Virus record (IMG/VR): IMGVR_UViG_3300022542_001157
Reading direction: 5' to 3' (one strand)
DNA length: 42,619 nt
Source: a virus
Made by a program: the position numbers and the translations under genes. Shown in pieces: positions 7,467-15,886 of the stretch. Under the pieces are notes generated by a model. The model saw nothing but the letters and a program-made list of their open reading frames with translations, was not told the origin of the DNA and searched no databases. Numbering within the stretch: position 1 is the stretch's first letter; every line of letters starts with the position of its first letter.

Positions 7467-8212
7467 TTGATCTCGAACAAAAAATCGAGGGTTTTACGCC
7501 AGAACAACTGGCTGTTTTAAAGCATAGGCTAGAAACCAATTTCATGGACCACACCAAATTCTTTTTGGGGCTTCGTGAAAAACAACCATTTATTGAAGGG
7601 CCGCACCACCCATTGTTAGCAAAGACGTTTTTGCGGGTGTTGAACGGAGAAATAAAGCGGCTGATAGTAAACATACCACCAAGTTATACCAAAACAGAAC
7701 TTGGGGTGATTCAATTGGCATCCTTTGCTTTTGTAAGGAATCCGGGGTGCAGGTTTTTACACGTTTCAGGGGGTGATGTTTTACCTTTGGACAATTCTTC
7801 CAAAGTGAAAGAACAGGTCATCCATCCGATTTCCAAATTGCTTTGGGGGCTTTCGGCTAAAGATGATACGAGGGCCAAAGGATTTTGGAAGACGAATGCC
7901 AATGGGGCATTTTATGCAGTTTCCAGTGGCGGACAGATTATAGGTTTTCGGGCTGGAAGGTCACTTCCAGGGTTCCAAGGTGCAATTATCATTGATGACC
8001 CGCAAAAACCAGATGATATGTATTCGGATACCAAGAGGATGTGGTTTCCAAACAGGTACTCCAGTACAATAAAATCTCGGGTGGATAATCGAGAAACGCC
8101 GATCATAGTCATTATGCAGAGGCTCCACGAAGATGATTTTTGCGGTTGGCTTTTGAATGGCGGTTCCGGTGAAAAATGGCACCATCTGAATTTACCGGTT
8201 TTGATAAAGTGA
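7463..8212 (+). CDS. terL: Terminase large subunit, N-terminal ATPase part (frame 2)
   Basis: NIPPSYTKTEL (PPRxGKS-type Walker A variant), IIIDDPQKPDD Walker B, W-x4-LP motif near the end. Terminates at TGA 8210..8212. Confidence 0.85.
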   Translation: MIDLEQKIEGFTPEQLAVLKHRLETNFMDHTKFFLGLREKQPFIEGPHHPLLAKTFLRVLNGEIKRLIVNIPPSYTKTELGVIQLASFAFVRNPGCRFLHVSGGDVLPLDNSSKVKEQVIHPISKLLWGLSAKDDTRAKGFWKTNANGAFYAVSSGGQIIGFRAGRSLPGFQGAIIIDDPQKPDDMYSDTKRMWFPNRYSSTIKSRVDNRETPIIVIMQRLHEDDFCGWLLNGGSGEKWHHLNLPVLIK

Positions 8213-9009
8213 AACATTACCCATATGCGATACCAATTGAGCATGGATTGTTGCCCGGTCCACTTTGGCCGTATAAACACAACCTTGAGGAAATAGAAAC
8301 ACTTAAGAACAACCCGTATGTTTTCGACGGGCAGTACATGCAAGATCCCGCCCCAGTTGGTGGAAAGATTTTTAAGACTGAATGGTGGAGATATTATGAC
8401 ATTTTGCCGCAGGGGTTTTTACGGAAGATCATTACGGCGGACACAGCATCAAAAACCAAGACCGTAAATGATTTCAGTGTTTTTCAATGTTGGGGCCAAA
8501 CCAGGGATGGTATCTTCCTGATTGATCAGAAGAGGGGCAAATGGGAAGCACCAGAACTGATTAGAACGGCCAGGGATTTTTTTACAAAGCACAACCAGCC
8601 AGAACAGCCCGTAAATGGGTTTTACATTGAAGACAAGTCAAGTGGAATAGGCTTGATACAAACTTTGCGGGATGGTTCGGATCAAATGGCGGGTAGGGTT
8701 TACATCCCGGTGATTGCAGTTCCTAGGGATACGGACAAGACTTCCAGGGTGTTTGCCCTGATAAACTATGTGGTTTCAGGGTTGGTTTTCCTGCCGAATA
8801 AGGAAGTGGTGCCCACGGCAGATTTCATGACAGAATATATTTCGGAATTTAGTCGGTTTTCTCCACAAATGACACATAAACACGACGACCAGATAGACCC
8901 GACCTTGGACGCCATACAAATTTTATTGGTCGGTGGCCTTGGCGATGAAGCAGAAATTATTGTAACCTCCCCCGGTATTGGGGCAACGATGGAATCTGAA
9001 TTTTTCTAG
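8176..9009 (+). CDS. terL: Terminase large subunit, C-terminal nuclease part (frame 1; needs a -1 shift between 8173 and 8212)
   Basis: RNase-H-like nuclease motifs ITADTASKTKTVNDFSVF, FYIEDKSSG, HDDQIDPTLDA. Frame 1 is open from 8173. Confidence 0.85.
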   Translation: MAPSEFTGFDKVKHYPYAIPIEHGLLPGPLWPYKHNLEEIETLKNNPYVFDGQYMQDPAPVGGKIFKTEWWRYYDILPQGFLRKIITADTASKTKTVNDFSVFQCWGQTRDGIFLIDQKRGKWEAPELIRTARDFFTKHNQPEQPVNGFYIEDKSSGIGLIQTLRDGSDQMAGRVYIPVIAVPRDTDKTSRVFALINYVVSGLVFLPNKEVVPTADFMTEYISEFSRFSPQMTHKHDDQIDPTLDAIQILLVGGLGDEAEIIVTSPGIGATMESEFF

Positions 9010-9011
9010 AA

Positions 9012-11351
9012 ATGCTTGAATTCTTAAAAAAGAAACGGCCCACAAAATTTCAAGAAGAAAAGAAGGAAGAGACTGTCCCTACTCAGGAAACTGCGTTTTG
9101 GGCCGACTCCCTGATTTTAACCATGGGCGGTTCGTTCGAAAGATACAACCCAGATATGTTAGCCACCCGTAAAGGGTATGATATTTACCGAAAAATGCTA
9201 AGGGACGACCAGGTAAAAGCTGTTTACAACCTGCTTGTAAACATCATTATTTCCCGCCAAATCGTTTTTGCGCCTGCTGATGACTCCGAAGAACAACAAG
9301 AAATAATCGATTTCTTCAAGTATAACATCACTACCGCTATTAAAGGCACGTGGTTAAGTGCCCTTCGGGCGGTTTTGCTCGGTAAGGCCCACGGTTTTTC
9401 TATTTCTGAAAAAAATTGGAAATTGGACACCATAGATGGTAAGGAATATTGGGTAGTGGACTCCATTAAGCCGAAGCCGTATGAAAGTTTCACCTACGAT
9501 ATTGATGATTTCGGGAACATCAAAGCCTTGTACCAAGACACCAACGGTGTCCGTAAAAAGCTCGACCCTGATAAATTTATCATTTATGTGGCCAACCCCG
9601 AGTTAGACCCTATTTGGGGTGAATCCGACCTTCGGGCGGCATACCGACCGTATTGGGAAAAGGACATCATCGGCAAATTCCACAATATTTACTTAGAACG
9701 CTTAGCGGGTGGATTTTTAGCAGTCACACCGGACAAGGACGCCCCTGTTTTGACACCACAAGAAAGGGCCGACCTCAAGAGTGTTATTGGAAATGTCCAG
9801 AAGATGACCGGGGCTTTGTTTCCCAGGGGATACAAGCCGGAAGTGGTGATGTCGGAGTCTACAGCGGAATTTGAAAGTGCTATTGCTGGAAAAAACCGGG
9901 CCATTGCAAAGTCACTATTGGTTCCGAATCTGTTGGGCTTGTCCGAGGATGGGAAATTCGGTTCCAGGGCGCTGGGAGACATCCAATTTGAAACATTCAT
10001 GATGGTGGTTAAAGAGCAGGGTGATTACTTGGCCGAAATCATGAATGAGCAGTTTTTTAGCCAGCTTGCTTTGTGGAATTTTGGTGTGAAAGATTTCCCG
10101 AGATTCCGTTTTGAGGATTTTACTATTGCCCAACGGCGTGAAATTGCAAAAGCTTGGGGTGAAGCGGTGGCGTCCAAAGTTGTTGTAAATACGGAAGAGG
10201 ACGAACAGCATACCCGCGAATTGTTGCTCTATGAACGTCGGGACATGGACGCTGAGGTAGAGGATGATGAAGAGGGTACAGGAAGTACCCCGGAAGACCA
10301 AGAAGAGGAAGAGAATATTGAAGCACCTGAGGAAAGTTCAAAAGGCCAGGAAATACCCACGGGGAGCCAGGAGGACATGTCTATACATGTAAAGAATTTT
10401 GCAGAGGATGGAGCCGATTTCGACAAACGATTAGACTTTGCCGCCCTGGAAACCACATTTGATACTTTGGAAGAAGTCTTTTTTGAAGACCTGTCCAAAT
10501 CAGTGGACAGGATCATGGGCGAGATCACCACAGCCTATGCGGAAGAATTTAAGAAATTGCCGAAGGACAAAGACAAGATCGACTATACCGAGATTCAAGA
10601 AGCAATAATGAAATCAGTTTCTGCCCCAGCCAAAGCGGAACTCAAAAAGAATACGCAAAAAAATTTAAAATCGGCATATGATTCTGGAAGATCCGAGGCC
10701 AAAGGCACACTGAACGACATCGTAAAAACGGCCCCCGCAGATATCAGGCAAAGGGTAAAATTGTCTTCCTCGCTTTCAAAAAGGTTGGCTTGTAAAAAAC
10801 AGAATTGGTCTGTTCTAAATTTCATTGATGGTATAAGTCTGGATAGTGTGGTTTCCTATTTTGAATCGCAAGCGTTTTTTATTACGGGTGAAATCGCCAC
10901 AGACATGTTAGACGCGGCGGCCAGGATTTTTGTGAATGGGGCCCGAGATGACAAATCTGTGGATGAAATGGTGGCTGAGCTTGAAGGGTTACTCCCGACT
11001 TTGGTTGGGACCCCAGAAAGTAAGGAAAGTCGGGCGAGATTAACTACCATAGCCCGTACTAATATCACCACGGCATTTAATCAAGCCCAATTGGCAGTTT
11101 ATGCTGACCCCGAGCTTGGAGATTTTGTGGAAGGAATGAGTTATTCAGCCATCGTGGATTCCAGAACTACAAGTTTTTGCAAAGCATACCATAACAGAAA
11201 ATTTCTGTTATCTGACCCTGTTTGGTCTACGATAACACCGCCTAACCATTTCAATTGCAGATCAGTCATGATACCAATAACGGTATTGGACGAATGGACA
11301 AAATCAAAAGCCATTAAAAGCGTACAGCCTGCGGCAGGATTTGGAGTATAA
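9012..11351 (+). CDS. Portal protein (Mu gp29/DUF935-like) fused to a Mu-F/SPP1-gp7-like minor head domain
   Basis: 779 aa. N-terminal YDIYRKMLRDDQVKA-type portal signature, acidic linker, C-terminal DSRTTSFC...PPNHFNCRS signature. Confidence 0.8.
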   Translation: MLEFLKKKRPTKFQEEKKEETVPTQETAFWADSLILTMGGSFERYNPDMLATRKGYDIYRKMLRDDQVKAVYNLLVNIIISRQIVFAPADDSEEQQEIIDFFKYNITTAIKGTWLSALRAVLLGKAHGFSISEKNWKLDTIDGKEYWVVDSIKPKPYESFTYDIDDFGNIKALYQDTNGVRKKLDPDKFIIYVANPELDPIWGESDLRAAYRPYWEKDIIGKFHNIYLERLAGGFLAVTPDKDAPVLTPQERADLKSVIGNVQKMTGALFPRGYKPEVVMSESTAEFESAIAGKNRAIAKSLLVPNLLGLSEDGKFGSRALGDIQFETFMMVVKEQGDYLAEIMNEQFFSQLALWNFGVKDFPRFRFEDFTIAQRREIAKAWGEAVASKVVVNTEEDEQHTRELLLYERRDMDAEVEDDEEGTGSTPEDQEEEENIEAPEESSKGQEIPTGSQEDMSIHVKNFAEDGADFDKRLDFAALETTFDTLEEVFFEDLSKSVDRIMGEITTAYAEEFKKLPKDKDKIDYTEIQEAIMKSVSAPAKAELKKNTQKNLKSAYDSGRSEAKGTLNDIVKTAPADIRQRVKLSSSLSKRLACKKQNWSVLNFIDGISLDSVVSYFESQAFFITGEIATDMLDAAARIFVNGARDDKSVDEMVAELEGLLPTLVGTPESKESRARLTTIARTNITTAFNQAQLAVYADPELGDFVEGMSYSAIVDSRTTSFCKAYHNRKFLLSDPVWSTITPPNHFNCRSVMIPITVLDEWTKSKAIKSVQPAAGFGV

Positions 11352-11354
11352 AAT

Positions 11355-12170
11355 ATGAGTATCAGACGCGACAAATTTGGAACCGCTATTTTAGATTTGC
11401 CATTCAATATGTCCTTGGGTGAAATTCCTGGGCTGTCTAGGTCATACAAATTTGGAAAAGTTTCGGGACTTGATACTGTTCAACGAACCATTTGGACTGC
11501 GGGGTTTGAGTATAACCCACCGCCGGGGCCAACTGCAATGTCTTTTGCTTCCACTAGTCCGAATGACACCTCTGGCGGTAGTGGCGTAAATTATATAAAA
11601 GTAAACTATGTCGGATCTGGCTTTAATGAATTTACGGAGGTGCACTGCCTTAATGGCCAAACACCAGTTTCTCTGGCACATCCAGTGCACACTATCAACC
11701 GGGCGAAAGTATTGGCGGATGATATCGATGCCAAAAATGCTGGTCCGATATGGGCTGGGGCGGGTAGTTTCTCTGCGGGGGTCCCATCAAGCGCATATAC
11801 CCATATTGAATCCGGGGTCGGACAAACATACCAAGCGTTTTACACACTTCCCAACAATCAGCATATGCTGATTTATGACATGATATTGACCGCCAATGAG
11901 GGGAAAGAGGGTTCCATAGAAATGTTTGCGAGGGAAAACGCGGAGGTATTTTCAGGCTTCCCTAATGCGAGGAATACATTTCAGGCCAAAAATCATTATG
12001 ATATTTTTCAAACAACATTGCCGATTCAACGGAAAATTCCGTTGTGTTTTGGTCCGAAAACTGAGATCATATTTAAGGGGCGTGGCAAAGCGACGTTGAC
12101 TGATTTGTCTGTGGAAGGAACTTTTGTTTTGGTCAACTCAACTTATTTACATGGTTTAACAGGGCTATAA
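11355..12170 (+). CDS. Hypothetical virion-module protein, 271 aa
   Basis: ORF tightly packed between the portal and protease/scaffold genes. Confidence 0.7.
   Translation: MSIRRDKFGTAILDLPFNMSLGEIPGLSRSYKFGKVSGLDTVQRTIWTAGFEYNPPPGPTAMSFASTSPNDTSGGSGVNYIKVNYVGSGFNEFTEVHCLNGQTPVSLAHPVHTINRAKVLADDIDAKNAGPIWAGAGSFSAGVPSSAYTHIESGVGQTYQAFYTLPNNQHMLIYDMILTANEGKEGSIEMFARENAEVFSGFPNARNTFQAKNHYDIFQTTLPIQRKIPLCFGPKTEIIFKGRGKATLTDLSVEGTFVLVNSTYLHGLTGL
11674..11689 (+). promoter_or_regulatory. Near-consensus sigma54-type motif (one mismatch), sense, intragenic
   Basis: TGGCACATCCAGTGCA. GG-N10-GC is kept; first T of the -12 element (TTGCA) is G. Confidence 0.15.
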
Positions 12171-13187
12171 ATGGCAAACATTATCTTAAAAGTAGAAATC
12201 TTTGGGGTTGGGACTTGGAACGGGTTCAAATTCGTACAAGAAGACCTGGATGAAATTGTAAGAAACACAATAGCACTTCAAAAGAAAGGGAACGCCAAGC
12301 CTCGCCTAAAGTTGGGGCATTCGAACAACCAGATTTTAGAAGGACAAGAAGATGGGGACCCTGCTTTGGGTTTCATGTCTAATTTTGCGGTATCGGGTGA
12401 CAAGATAATTTCCGACTTTATCGATCTCCCAGATATCATTTTCAATTTGATTGAGAAAAAACGTTTTGTAAGTGTTTCAGTCGAATTGGACCATATACCA
12501 AATTTTGGTTGGTATATACAAGCCGCCGCTTTATTGGGGGCGGATTTGCCAGCGGTCAAAACGCTGAACGATTTACAAATGTTTTTAAGCGACACAAACA
12601 CGGGCGTAAGTGAAAATGCGCTTTGTTTTTCAGAACCAACAATTAACAAAAAAAAGGAGGTCATAGGAATGACGCCCGAAGAAAAAGCAGAAATGGACAG
12701 ATTAAAGGCCGCCAATACTAAGTTGGAGGGTGACTTAACCAAGTCCAACGCGGATTCCGCGAAATTCAAAGAGGAAAAGCGGGTTGCCCAATTTTCTGAA
12801 AAAAAAGCTGAATTGCTCAAGCCATTTAGCGAGCAGGTAAAAGTGGGGAAGCTGACCCCCGCAAGCTTCACAAAATTGGAGACTTCCCTGGATGCTCAAT
12901 CCAAGCACTTTTCCGAAGGTTCGGAATTGCAAGTGCCGATTAACATTTTGACAGAGTTGATGGCGGATGAATCCAGAATCAATTTTTCAGAAACTGGGGC
13001 CGTTGATGGGGATGGCGGGGATTCTGGTGTGACTCCAGACAAGGCTTTGGATATGGCAATCCAAAAAGTCATGGGAACTTCCCAAAAGACATATTCGGAG
13101 GCTTCCAATATCGTTATGGCCACAGAGCCAAAACTGTTTAAGGCCTACGCGAAGTGGACCGAAGACATCAGCTACGGGAGGGTGTAG
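12171..13187 (+). CDS. Prohead protease/scaffold protein (Mu gpI-like or DUF2213-like)
   Basis: N-terminal VGTWNGFKF...KLGHS region followed by a Lys/Glu-rich coiled-coil half, located just upstream of the capsid gene. Confidence 0.6.
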   Translation: MANIILKVEIFGVGTWNGFKFVQEDLDEIVRNTIALQKKGNAKPRLKLGHSNNQILEGQEDGDPALGFMSNFAVSGDKIISDFIDLPDIIFNLIEKKRFVSVSVELDHIPNFGWYIQAAALLGADLPAVKTLNDLQMFLSDTNTGVSENALCFSEPTINKKKEVIGMTPEEKAEMDRLKAANTKLEGDLTKSNADSAKFKEEKRVAQFSEKKAELLKPFSEQVKVGKLTPASFTKLETSLDAQSKHFSEGSELQVPINILTELMADESRINFSETGAVDGDGGDSGVTPDKALDMAIQKVMGTSQKTYSEASNIVMATEPKLFKAYAKWTEDISYGRV

Positions 13188-13189
13188 GA

Positions 13190-13609
13190 ATGTCAATTCA
13201 AAATAAATATATGTCATGGACGTTTAAAGCGTCCAACGCCCTGGATAATTTGACTGCGGGAACTGGCCATTTGTATAAAGCTGTTAGCAATGGCGCTGGG
13301 GACATCGCCGCGAATGGAAAGGCTTCAGGCATCTTGCAACAAGGTGGGCCGTCCGGGGGGCATATCTCCTTTGGGTATGCCGGAATCATGAAATTTGTCG
13401 CGGGTGCGGCTGTTTCTTCCAAAGATGTCGCGTTGACGGTAACGACTTCTGGGTATTTTGTGGAAGCGACTTCTGGTACTTTTATTGTCGGGAGGTATCT
13501 CGGCGGAACCAACAATGCAATTGCGATCTCCTCTGGAAGCGTCGGGACCGGGATGTTTGATTTTACTAAACCCACATACGTCGGTTGTGATGCCGCCGCT
13601 ATTTTCTAA
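13190..13609 (+). CDS. Head decoration/cement-like protein (DUF2190-like), 139 aa
   Basis: Gly/Ala-rich small protein between scaffold and capsid. ATG 13190 behind GGGAGGGTGTAGGA. Confidence 0.5.
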   Translation: MSIQNKYMSWTFKASNALDNLTAGTGHLYKAVSNGAGDIAANGKASGILQQGGPSGGHISFGYAGIMKFVAGAAVSSKDVALTVTTSGYFVEATSGTFIVGRYLGGTNNAIAISSGSVGTGMFDFTKPTYVGCDAAAIF

Positions 13610-13620
13610 GGAGGAATAAA

Positions 13621-14586
13621 ATGGGTGGATATTTACAAGGGCGTGGAATTCACGTCGACCAGCATTTGACCAATGTTGCTATCAATTATAAACCGCTGGG
13701 GTTTATTGCAGATTTGGTGGCACCGGTTGTTCCAGTCATGCACCAATCTGGGATGTTCAAGACGTATAACCAAGCCGATCTGTTTCGGATCGAGAATGAC
13801 CACAGAAGCCCAGGAACTGAGGCCAATAAAGTGGCCTTCCAGGTAGGCTCTGGTAGTTATTTTGCGAAAAACTTCGCATTGAAAGCTGACGTCACGATTG
13901 AAGATCGTGCAAATGCCGATCCTGCTTTTTTTCGTGATTTGGAGTCTGGGCGTGTTGAATTCCTGAAAGACAAATTGTCTTTGGCAAAGGATCTTCGAGT
14001 TGCGACCTTGATGACTACTGCAACTAATGTGGCAACACAAACGGTGGTGGCTTCCGCATGGAACGATTTGACCAACTCTGATCCATTTGGGGATATCAAT
14101 AGTGTGATCGACCTGCAGGAAGATAAAACCGGGTATCGCCCAAATAAATTGGTTTTCTCGTCTATTGCCTTTCGGAATGTTACTCGGAACGCGTCTATCA
14201 TTGACAAGACGAACAAAACTGGTGTGACTGGGGGCGGGCAAAATGCCACAATCAATCAACTCAAAGAGCTGTTCAACGTTCCTGAAATTCTGGTTGGTGG
14301 GGCTCAGTACAACACTGGGGATGAGGGACAAGGCTTGACCCTTTCTCATATGTGGGCCGAAAATGTTTTTGTTGGGTATGTTGCAGAACGACCCAGCATT
14401 GACCGTCCTTCGTTTATGTACAGTTTCAGGTGGAGAAAGCCCGGACTGGCCAACATGAATGTTGAACGCCATCCATTTGATACCAAGACCAAAACGGACG
14501 AAATCGAACTCGGGTATTACCAAGACGAAAAAATCGTTTCCACCGATTTGGGGTATTTGATTTCTTGGGTCAACTGTTCCCAGTAA
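13621..14586 (+). CDS. Major capsid protein
   Basis: 321 aa. Strongest late RBS (TAAGGAGGAATAAAATG). Position after scaffold/decoration genes. Followed by an intrinsic terminator. Confidence 0.8.
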   Translation: MGGYLQGRGIHVDQHLTNVAINYKPLGFIADLVAPVVPVMHQSGMFKTYNQADLFRIENDHRSPGTEANKVAFQVGSGSYFAKNFALKADVTIEDRANADPAFFRDLESGRVEFLKDKLSLAKDLRVATLMTTATNVATQTVVASAWNDLTNSDPFGDINSVIDLQEDKTGYRPNKLVFSSIAFRNVTRNASIIDKTNKTGVTGGGQNATINQLKELFNVPEILVGGAQYNTGDEGQGLTLSHMWAENVFVGYVAERPSIDRPSFMYSFRWRKPGLANMNVERHPFDTKTKTDEIELGYYQDEKIVSTDLGYLISWVNCSQ

Positions 14587-14594
14587 TCTGAATC

Positions 14595-14616
14595 AGGCGG
14601 GGCAACCCGCCTTTTG
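14595..14616 (+). terminator. Rho-independent terminator/attenuator after the capsid gene
   Basis: AGGCGGG-GCAA-CCCGCCT followed by TTTTG. Confidence 0.75.
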
Positions 14617-14630
14617 AATGGAGTTTTATA

Positions 14631-14939
14631 ATGGCTTTAAAAGGTTTTAAAGTTACACGACCACCAATCCCAAATATCATGTCTCCCTCGGGGAAGCTGA
14701 ATGCGGCAAAATCCGAAATTAAATCGCTGGAGAAAGAATTGTCAAATCTGAAAGAGGGCGGTTTGGGTCTTCCGGATGGAACAGTGGCGATTCAAGGATT
14801 CTTTCCACTTTTTGATTTGACAAAGAAAGAATTGGTCGAAGAAGGGAAAGGTGTTGGGCTCGATGCCCTTGACCCCAAAAGCCCCAAAGACCAATTGTTA
14901 AAAGACATTTTTGAAATCTTGTTCAAAGATCTTCTATGA
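14631..14939 (+). CDS. Hypothetical protein, 102 aa
   Basis: ORF with a TGGAG RBS. ATGA overlap with the next gene. Confidence 0.65.
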   Translation: MALKGFKVTRPPIPNIMSPSGKLNAAKSEIKSLEKELSNLKEGGLGLPDGTVAIQGFFPLFDLTKKELVEEGKGVGLDALDPKSPKDQLLKDIFEILFKDLL

Positions 14940-15886
14940 GTTCTGTAAAGATCTTTACCAATGAGGTTGCTGGAGGTTGGTCCCCCCATGATATTGAAGA
15001 AATGTTGGGCGGTTCTGAGGAGTGCGTAGTGCTTTTGGCAGAACAGATGGCCGCCAGTGGGCATGAAGTCAAAGTGTACCATACGCCGAAGCATGATGAA
15101 ATGGGGGCTTTTCGGAAGGGAGTTGAATACTCCCCAAGAGCGCAGTTTGTGCCGAATCCGGATGACGTCGTAATCACTTTTAAAGATTATACGCCTTGGG
15201 TTCGGGGTGTGAATGCCCGAATTAAGATTCACTGGTCATCGGATGTAGAAGGCGTGTGGGATACTTCGTTGGTAGACCATTTTGTTAATTTGACCGAATA
15301 CCACCAACGCCGCAATTTTTTTGTGCGGACCGACAAGCGGCGGGTCATCCCGCACGGAATAGATGTCGAACCAGGCGAAAAGACCGAGCATGGGACAATG
15401 CTTTATTGCAGTTCCCCCGACAGGGGCCTGATAGAGTTACTGCAGGACTGGAAAACTATCCGAAGTCATTTTCCAGAAATGCAATTAAAAGTGGCTTACG
15501 GATTTGATTTGTTCGACAGGGTTATGGGCACTAATGGTTTTGAATTTAAACGGGCAATTTTGAACTTGGCTAAACAACCCGGCATTTCTTTTCTGGGGAC
15601 TTTGAGCAAGGATGAATTGAACGAGCAGTACCGCAAAGCGGAATATTGGGTATTACCATTGCAACGCCCAGATTCTGAGTTGTTTTGTCTGAATGCGATA
15701 AAATCCAGAGTGTTGGGGTGTATTCCAATCGTCAACAAAGTTGGGGCACTTGAAAATACTGTGGGTGATTTTATCGATTATTCGGAATTTGTAGGGGGGA
15801 ACCCCGTTTTGAAAGAGTCTAATCGGCCAGTTCCGGCCATGGATTGGGCTCAAATCTATGAAAACTTTTGGAAAAAATTACTATGA
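14936..15886 (+). CDS. GT-B-fold glycosyltransferase (GT4-like)
   Basis: N-terminal GG-x-E...LAEQMAASGHEVKVY pattern. C-terminal E-x7-type region EYWVLPLQRPDSELFCLNAIKSRVLGCIPIV. Confidence 0.7.
   Translation: MSSVKIFTNEVAGGWSPHDIEEMLGGSEECVVLLAEQMAASGHEVKVYHTPKHDEMGAFRKGVEYSPRAQFVPNPDDVVITFKDYTPWVRGVNARIKIHWSSDVEGVWDTSLVDHFVNLTEYHQRRNFFVRTDKRRVIPHGIDVEPGEKTEHGTMLYCSSPDRGLIELLQDWKTIRSHFPEMQLKVAYGFDLFDRVMGTNGFEFKRAILNLAKQPGISFLGTLSKDELNEQYRKAEYWVLPLQRPDSELFCLNAIKSRVLGCIPIVNKVGALENTVGDFIDYSEFVGGNPVLKESNRPVPAMDWAQIYENFWKKLL

Noticed and set aside
12278-12871. 197-aa minus-strand ORF
   Set aside because: Antisense to the protease/scaffold gene. Ser/Phe-rich shadow frame.
13633-14523. 296-aa minus-strand ORF
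   Set aside because: Antisense shadow of the major capsid gene, inside a plus-strand operon.
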